From positions 512,001 to 576,000 of the forward strand of contig CBDCYI010000009.1 of NCBI GenBank assembly GCA_965224085.1: a stretch of DNA of 64,000 nt, read 5' to 3'. This stretch comes from Candidatus Marinacidobacterales bacterium. GTDB lineage: Bacteria > Acidobacteriota > Vicinamibacteria > Marinacidobacterales > SMYC01. The notes below the pieces were generated by a model. That model was not told the origin of the DNA. It made no database searches and was given only the letters and a program-made list of their open reading frames with translations. The position numbers were made by a program, and so were the translations under genes. Of the stretch, positions 57,414-64,000 are shown piece by piece (the stretch's first letter is position 1; each line of letters opens with the position of its first letter).

Positions 57414-58328
57414 CTACCGCAGCCGGTCGAAGAACGCGAGGCACCTGCGCGCGAGCGGCTTACGGCGGCCCTTCTCGGTGAGCACGCCGACATAGTGGTT
57501 GTCGAACTCGACAAACCCGTCGCCGAGTGCGACCAGTGCGCCGCTCTCCAGCGACCGCTCGATCAAGTACCGCCAGCCCAGCGCGATGCCCTGCCCGGCG
57601 GCGGCAGCTTCCAGCACGTAGGTATAGCAGTCGAAGCCGACGCGGCGCGGCACCCGCTCCGGGCGTCCGGCGCGCGCGAACCAGTCCTCCCATGTCGCCC
57701 AGCCCTCATTGGGCCGCAGCAGGTCGAGAAACGTCAGCCCGCTCCAGCCGGCGACAGGTCCGGCGAGGGTTTGCGCGTGGGCGGCGGCGTACGCGGGCGA
57801 GCAGACAGGCCGGACCGCCTCCCTGTGGACCAACACCCGGTCTTCCGGGGCGACATCCGGCAGATTCCACGCCATCAGGAGGTCGGCTGACGGGTGGGGC
57901 GGCAGGTCCTGGATGTAGTGGTGGTAGGTAAGGATGCGGATCCTGACGCCGTCGCCGAGCACCTTCCGAAGGGCGTCGTAGCACGGCATGATGAGGAAGT
58001 GAGACGCCTCGTGGGAGCAGGCGATGACGACCTGCTCGGCTTGGGACAGCTCGGCGGCCTCGGCGGCGCCGCGGTGAATGGCCGCGAGCCCGGCCGCGAC
58101 GCCGTCGCGCAAGCGTCTGCCGGCCTCGGTCAAGGTCACGCCGGTGCGGGAGCGTTCGAACAGGCGCGCCGACAGCCACGTCTCGAGCTTGGCGATCTGG
58201 CGGCTTACGGCCGCCTGCGAGGTACGCAGCTCGCGCGCCGCCCGGGTGAAGTTAGCGTGGCGTGCTGCGCTCTCGAAGGTGATCAGGGCGTTGGCGGGAG
58301 GAATCCGGTAGGGGTTACGGGCAGACAT
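57414..58328 (-). CDS. LysR-family regulator (GcvA-like)
   Basis: FESAARHANFTRAARELRTSQAAVSRQI HTH; AAAAGQGIALGW. Confidence 0.93.
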   Translation of the reverse strand: MSARNPYRIPPANALITFESAARHANFTRAARELRTSQAAVSRQIAKLETWLSARLFERSRTGVTLTEAGRRLRDGVAAGLAAIHRGAAEAAELSQAEQVVIACSHEASHFLIMPCYDALRKVLGDGVRIRILTYHHYIQDLPPHPSADLLMAWNLPDVAPEDRVLVHREAVRPVCSPAYAAAHAQTLAGPVAGWSGLTFLDLLRPNEGWATWEDWFARAGRPERVPRRVGFDCYTYVLEAAAAGQGIALGWRYLIERSLESGALVALGDGFVEFDNHYVGVLTEKGRRKPLARRCLAFFDRLR

Positions 58329-58631
58329 TACTAATTAGGCATCATACCATATCTTTATGAAATGTAAAACGCGCGGGAGGTACGGCGCAACCGCCCCGAA
58401 TAATCGGGGACTTATAACGATTGATTGACAAATGGACACAAGAGGTTGAGGACTATGATAAATGGCCTGCGCTGAAAATGTGGGAAGCTCCTGTGAGGGA
58501 TATACTCATCGGAGAGGCGGAAGGCCTTGAATTTTATAAAGTGTTGGCGCGACTGGCGGTAACACCCCTATCTGGCCCTACAGGGCGAGGCGAAGAGGTT
58601 TCAACTGTTGCAGATGTTGAGAAGCTAATTA

Positions 58632-60315
58632 GTACCCGTCCTGGCGGACGTAAGAGGTTGAGAAAAAGGGAGTAATCGCAAATTTAGGGCTAGTCTTCTG
58701 AGGGGTTGTCGCTTAGAATCGAAGTCGTCAAAAACAAGAGTCTAAACGACTTAACTCCAAAGGAGACCAGCCCTAAATGCGAAAAACAATCATTCCACAA
58801 CCAAGCCTATGCGAGCCCTGGCTGGAGGTGGAGCACGCGCGCGAGCTCGAAGCGATCTCGTCGGTGCTCGATGCCCATCCTAAGCTCAATGAGTTGGTAC
58901 TGCAAGACCTGAGGTCGGTCACCCCATCGGCAGGGAGCGATGTTGGTCGTGGGGGAATGAGCGCGGAGCAGGTTCTCCGGGCGTTGTTGGTCAAGCAGCT
59001 GAATCAGTTCACCTATCGGGAGCTGGCGTTTCACTTGGCAGACTCTCGAAGCTATCGGACGTTTTGCCAGCTCGGCATCATAGAGCCGAGCCCGTCGAAG
59101 TCGACCCTAGCAGCAAACATCAAAGCCGTGAAGTTCGAAACGCTGGAGAAAATCAACCGAGAGTTGGTGAGTGTTGCCGAGAAGACCGCGATCGAAAAAG
59201 GAAGAAAAGTACGAGTGGACTGCACGGTAGTGGAGTCGAATATTCATTCTCCTACGGACTCCGAGCTTCTTTATGACTGCGTCCGAGTTCTCACTCGCCT
59301 CATGTGCCGAACTCGCGAACTGCTGGGTACAGTAGTGGTCTTCGGCAATCGAACGCGTCGAGCGAAGAGACGTCGACTGGGAGTTCTAAACGCGAAGGAT
59401 AAGGAACAAAGGCGTCGCGTCTATCGAGATCTACTGAAGGTGTCGGAAGAAACCTATCGCTCCGCTCAACGCGTTGCAGACCAGTTGGACGAGTCCGGCT
59501 TGACCGAGCCGGTGAAGCGAGCGAGTGCGGAGAAGATCGCCGCGGATTTTAAGCACTTTCTCGTCCTCACCGAAAAAGTCATCAACCAAACTCGGCGTAG
59601 AGTGATTGATGAAGAGCGTGTGCCTGCGGAGGAAAAGGTCGTTTCGATCTTCGAAGAACACACCGACATTATTCGCAAAGACCGGCGCGAGACTCTCTAC
59701 GGTCACAAGGTGTGTTTGACTGGTGGCTCGTCCTCGATGATTTTGGATTGCGTGATCTTGGATGGGAATCCGTCCGATTCAACTCTCGCGGAAACCATGA
59801 TCGACCGTCAAGTCGAACTCTACGAACGGGCCCCGCGCCAGGTTGCCTACGATGGCGCGTTTTCTTCAAAGGCAAACTTGGAAGCCATCAAAGGCAAGGG
59901 AGTTGAAGATGTTGCCTTTACCAAGGCTCACTTCGCGGTGACCGATATGGTCAAGAGTTCCTGGGTCTATCAACGCCTACGGCGATTTCGCTGCGGAATC
60001 GAAGGCGTCATTTCGTTCTTGAAACGAGTCTTTGGTCTCGACCGATGCACATGGCGCTCATTGCCTTCTTTCAAATCCTACGTATGGAGTTCCATCATCA
60101 CCTGCAACCTGTTGGTAATGGCAAGGCACCTATTACGATAATAATGATTGCTCTTACTGCGTTTATAGCCATGGATTGCTGACGATTCGCCTCTCGTTTC
60201 GTCCAAGATTTTCATTCGCTTCCGAGCCTACGAGGTGCCGACTGAAAACGTATAATACCCACACCTTCGATAGGCCTCTCGTACACCACAAGTTATGGTG
60301 TTTCTGGACAGGAAC
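58632..60315 (+). mobile_element. ISNCY/IS5-like element, copy 2
   Basis: TIRs GTACCCGTCC / GGACAGGAAC; TSD TAATTA at 58626-58631 and 60316-60321. Confidence 0.9.
58777..60141 (+). CDS. ISNCY-family DDE transposase
   Basis: Near-identical to 42537-43901. Confidence 0.9.
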   Translation: MRKTIIPQPSLCEPWLEVEHARELEAISSVLDAHPKLNELVLQDLRSVTPSAGSDVGRGGMSAEQVLRALLVKQLNQFTYRELAFHLADSRSYRTFCQLGIIEPSPSKSTLAANIKAVKFETLEKINRELVSVAEKTAIEKGRKVRVDCTVVESNIHSPTDSELLYDCVRVLTRLMCRTRELLGTVVVFGNRTRRAKRRRLGVLNAKDKEQRRRVYRDLLKVSEETYRSAQRVADQLDESGLTEPVKRASAEKIAADFKHFLVLTEKVINQTRRRVIDEERVPAEEKVVSIFEEHTDIIRKDRRETLYGHKVCLTGGSSSMILDCVILDGNPSDSTLAETMIDRQVELYERAPRQVAYDGAFSSKANLEAIKGKGVEDVAFTKAHFAVTDMVKSSWVYQRLRRFRCGIEGVISFLKRVFGLDRCTWRSLPSFKSYVWSSIITCNLLVMARHLLR

Positions 60316-60811
60316 TAATTAAGAAAGGCAATGTCCTTTTCGATCTGCTTCCAGACCCTTCATTTGTCAATCAATCGTTATAAGTCCCAATAATCGCCGC
60401 TATAAGAGGCTGTTTGCGTGCGCTTTCTTGGTTACGGGTGCTGCAGATAATCCCAGTATATGCCATTTGACTTTGATATGATGATATGACCGCTTAGAGG
60501 TATTCATACCTACCCGGCCATTGCTATAATGATTTCTCCGAGCGTCCCGGTACTTCCTCCGCGCGGTCGGACTGCACCCCCGGATCTCACACGACGCAGT
60601 GTTGGCGAAGGATCGATGCGGACTGGAAAGGCGGAATTCGATGCTGAGAAACGCGAGAACGAAGATCATGATCGGATGCAAGCGCGCACGGAGACGAGAC
60701 CACAGCACCACGCGCGGAACTGGCTGTTCATCGCGCGTAGCGGTCGCTCCGTCCACCGCTTGCAGCGAACACACTCGGGCGGCCTTACCCCAATGCGCTC
60801 GCATGAAGGCA

Positions 60812-63421
60812 ATGACACCGAACGCATGCCATCCTGTTCGAGTCGTCATCGCTGCCGCGCTGTTGTCGTTGTCGGCCACGGCGACGCCAGCCGCCCAAGC
60901 GACTGGAGCAATCGAAGGCGCCGTCGTCGACGCGAACGGAAATCCGCTGCCCGGCGTGATGGTGACGGTGACCGGTCCCGGCGTGCGCGCGCAAATTGTG
61001 ACGGAAGCCGACGGCGCCTACGCGGCCGCCGACCTGGCGACTGGCGACTACGTTGTCACGGCGGTATTGCCGGGGTTCGAGACCGCGGAGATCCCGGTCT
61101 TCGTCCGGGCGCGCGCCACCGAGACGGTCCCGGTCGTTCTGCAGATCACCCGGCTGCTTGAATCGGTCACCGTCGTGGCGGAGGAACCGCGCATCTTCGC
61201 CACCAACGTCGTGGCCGAGCCGATGATGCTGCAGCAGTCGAACATCACCGCCGTGACGTCGGTGGTAGACAACCTCCCCGGCGTGTCGGTCCAGGAGGGC
61301 GACGCGTACGGCTTCGACGACTGGTCCAGCAACGTCGCCATGCGCGGCTTCCAGGTGACCATCAACGAGGCGCAGATCGGCACCACCATCGACGGCTTTC
61401 CCAACGGCACCTCCGACTACTGGAGCGGTTCGAAGGCGAACCGGTTCATCGACCCGATGAACCTCGGCGGCGTCGAGGTGTCGCAGGGAACGGCCGACAT
61501 TGCCTCGCGGTCGGTCGAGGCGCTGGGCGGCACGTTCAACTACCTCACCGACGATCCGGCCGCGGAGCGGACCTACACCGCGTCTGCCACGATTGGCGAG
61601 AACGAAGGTGAGCGGTTCTCCATGCGGTTTGATACCGGACCGATGTTCGGCCCCGAGACGCGCGCGTGGATCGCCGCGGTCCGCCAGGAGGCGACCGACT
61701 GGGTCGAGGGCTCCGCGCGGAACGAGCGGGAGCATGTCGCCGCCAAGCTCGTCTCGTCGCACGGGCGCCTTGACCTCACCAGCTACTTCTCGTACGACAG
61801 CATCCACGAGGACGTTTACCAGCGGCTTTACAGCGCGGGCGACTTCGAGGCCAACCCGCGCTGGGACCGCTTGCTCGGCGAATGGCCCGGCGTGCCATAC
61901 CTGAACCAGTTCTACCGCCCCGGCTGGCAGACCCGCCGCAATAACACGTTCGCCTACCTCAAGGCGGACTGGTCTTTCAGCGATGCCACCTCGCTGAGCC
62001 TGGGAACGTACTACCATGGCCTTAGAGGCCGCGGCGACTGGTTGCCCCCCTACATCGTCGACATTACCGACGACGGCGGCGGACCGGAATCGGAGCTGAT
62101 GGGCGGGATGCCGGTACGGGGCGGGTCGCAGCCCGGGCTGATCCGCTTCGTCGACCGGGACGGGGTCGCCGTCGGACCGGCGCCGGGGTGCACGTCGTCC
62201 TACATCTTCAATTACTACGGCTCGGGCGGCCCGGCGGTCGACCCGGCCTGCCACCCGGGCGCCACCGCTGTGCAGTCGTACCGCCACAGCCACTACGGCA
62301 AGGACCGCTTCGGCGTGACGCTCGACGAGGAGTGGTTCACCACCATCGGCGCGGCCGGCAGCGCGCTGCGCGCCGGTATCTGGTACGAGGACTCGCGCCG
62401 CGACCTGGGCCGCGACTGGCATCAAATACTGGATCCGACGATCAGTTTCAACTGGAACGAGCAGGCCTACTGGCACCAGTACGAGTGGGACTTTCCGCAA
62501 CAAGTCTTCAAGTGGTACGTGGAGGAGACAATCTTCGCCGGCCCGTTCGCCCTCAGCGGCGGTGTCAAGCAGTACTTGGTCGGCGTCTCGCGCGAGGACC
62601 TGTTCAACGTCGATCCGGAACTGTCGGTCAATTCCGATTCGAATCTGCTCTTCTCCGGCGGCATCACGTACAAGACGCCGCTCGAAGGCCTCGACCTCTT
62701 TGCGGGCTATTCTCAGAACTTCAAGGCGATCAGCAGCTTGCTGCTCGAGGTGCCGGGCCGGAGCCTGGACCTGCTCGAGCCCGAGACCGCCTCGAACGTC
62801 GACGTCGGGCTGCAGTACGCGGGGGAACGGCTGGCGCTGAGCGCCACCTGGTACACCATCGACTTTCAGAACCGGATCTTCTACCTCGGCGCGCAGACGC
62901 CCACCGGTCCCAATTACCTCATCCCGGGCGGCGGCGCCTACTTCAACGCGGGCGGCATCGACACGAGCGGCATCGAGCTCTCCGCGACGGTGGAGCTGCC
63001 GCGCCAGGCGTCGTTCTACACCGCTTTCACGTTCAACGACTCGGAGTACCTGGGGACCGGCGATCCGCTGGTCGACGCGAGCCAGGGCATCATGGCGGGG
63101 ACCGACGTCACCGGCGTACCGGAGCGGCTCTGGGTCGTCTCGCTCGACCGCAGCGGTCCCATCGGCGGGGGGCTGACCGCCAAGTACACATCGTCGCGGC
63201 GCGTAAGCCTGACGTCGGACTGGTACGCGGACGCCTACTGGCTGGTGGACGCCTATGTCAGCTTTTCCGGCGAGGCGCTGAGCGATCTGCTGCGCTCGAC
63301 GGAGTTCTCGATCGTGGCCAACAACCTGCTCGACAAGGCGTATCTCTCCGCCATCACCGAGAACGCCGCTTGGCTCGGGGCGCCGCGGACGGTCTCGATG
63401 ACCGCAACCGTCTCGTTCTGA
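60812..63421 (+). CDS. TonB-dependent receptor with carboxypeptidase-regulatory-like N-domain
   Basis: Signal peptide; GAIEGAVVDANGNPLPGV N-domain; plug (NLPGV...MRGF); NNLLDKAY...GAPRT, ending in F. Start codon uncertain. Confidence 0.9.
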   Translation: MTPNACHPVRVVIAAALLSLSATATPAAQATGAIEGAVVDANGNPLPGVMVTVTGPGVRAQIVTEADGAYAAADLATGDYVVTAVLPGFETAEIPVFVRARATETVPVVLQITRLLESVTVVAEEPRIFATNVVAEPMMLQQSNITAVTSVVDNLPGVSVQEGDAYGFDDWSSNVAMRGFQVTINEAQIGTTIDGFPNGTSDYWSGSKANRFIDPMNLGGVEVSQGTADIASRSVEALGGTFNYLTDDPAAERTYTASATIGENEGERFSMRFDTGPMFGPETRAWIAAVRQEATDWVEGSARNEREHVAAKLVSSHGRLDLTSYFSYDSIHEDVYQRLYSAGDFEANPRWDRLLGEWPGVPYLNQFYRPGWQTRRNNTFAYLKADWSFSDATSLSLGTYYHGLRGRGDWLPPYIVDITDDGGGPESELMGGMPVRGGSQPGLIRFVDRDGVAVGPAPGCTSSYIFNYYGSGGPAVDPACHPGATAVQSYRHSHYGKDRFGVTLDEEWFTTIGAAGSALRAGIWYEDSRRDLGRDWHQILDPTISFNWNEQAYWHQYEWDFPQQVFKWYVEETIFAGPFALSGGVKQYLVGVSREDLFNVDPELSVNSDSNLLFSGGITYKTPLEGLDLFAGYSQNFKAISSLLLEVPGRSLDLLEPETASNVDVGLQYAGERLALSATWYTIDFQNRIFYLGAQTPTGPNYLIPGGGAYFNAGGIDTSGIELSATVELPRQASFYTAFTFNDSEYLGTGDPLVDASQGIMAGTDVTGVPERLWVVSLDRSGPIGGGLTAKYTSSRRVSLTSDWYADAYWLVDAYVSFSGEALSDLLRSTEFSIVANNLLDKAYLSAITENAAWLGAPRTVSMTATVSF

Positions 63422-64000
63422 CTTGGCGGCTCTGGAGTGGCTCGCTAAGACGGTAAACGATCCGGTCCAGGCACGGCCTTGATAGTCCCGTAGATTCCCG
63501 TTGAAAAAGTGGGAATCGACGAGGGAACCACGACTGGAGGACTCAAGACAAGCCATTTATTTTTAAAGGTTTACGGAAACTCAGCAACTCACGCTGCCAG
63601 AGCACCGAGTGCAGACCAATGCCGAGTGAGAACACCGGCGAACAGCAATGCCTGTGCTCCGCAAAAAGTCTATCCAGCGTTGATTGCGCGTTTTAGACTT
63701 GCCATGGTCCGCTTGTCCCTTCCATAAACTCGAGCTTGCATGAAATTGGCGAACTGCCCGCAACCAGGATGCTTTGGTCGTCTTCATGTAGGACGTTTTG
63801 AGAGCCGGCATCGGCTCTACTCAGGGGTAGAGGTGTAAGCTGGTGCGAAGCTCCGCAGCCGTCCCGAGCAGATCGGACTCAAGCAGCGCGTCGAGTGTAA
63901 TAATGATGGAGACCACCGACCTTTGGAATGGCACTCACTTTGCCCATTGCTGGCGACTCTACGCGGCGAGGCTCGGGCGCGTCTTTCTCAAGCGACAAAT

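Larger units (their letters stand above)
58407..60388. mobile_element. MITE with 28-bp TIRs and an 8-bp TSD, interrupted by ISNCY copy 2
   Basis: GGGACTTATAACGATTGATTGACAAATG from 58407 and its exact reverse complement at 60361-60388; AATAATCG at 58399-58406 and 60389-60396. Confidence 0.85.
18511..63710. repeat. dispersed repeat C: TGTGCTCCGCAAAAAGTCGATCCAGCGTTGATTGCG transposon end
   Basis: About 8 copies: 18511, 21972, 38763(-), 38852(-), 49660, 51733(-), 55889, 63654. Confidence 0.8.

Noticed and set aside
60785-63556. 923-aa minus-strand ORF and 422-aa alternate-frame ORF
   Set aside because: Shadows of the high-GC TonB receptor gene, with no recognisable motifs.

Overview
GC-rich bacterial window with two parts. 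(1) Positions 1-13.1 kb hold a yjf-like PspA/polyamine locus: SAM decarboxylase, DUF350 membrane protein, Gly/Tyr-rich protein, DUF4178 protein, membrane spermidine synthase, Tat-type FAD oxidoreductase, PspA, YbjN/CesT-like chaperone, a broken J-domain gene and a divergent K+ channel. It is interrupted by an IS1111-type IS110 element and an IS3. (2) Positions 13.1-64 kb are a heavily fragmented mobile/defence region. Dozens of solo terminal sequences of integrase-core (rve) transposons punctuate pieces of CBASS, type I and IIG R-M, Abi, DUF499, MscS and other genes. Intact islands survive there: a DUF433/PIN TA pair, a type ISP-like methylase, HsdM, a helicase-nuclease, a peroxiredoxin, and a BCCT-LysR-TonB receptor cluster. 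Best observations: both IS110-family elements have non-coding ends (candidate bridge/seek RNAs) with 11-12 nt segments identical to their own insertion sites; a ~290-bp MITE with 28-bp TIRs and an 8-bp TSD carries a small ORF; and the transposon ends form a dense mosaic. Some garbled duplications (2.55-3.9 kb, 41.5-42.4 kb) may be assembly artefacts. All family calls are from motif recognition by eye; no searches were run.
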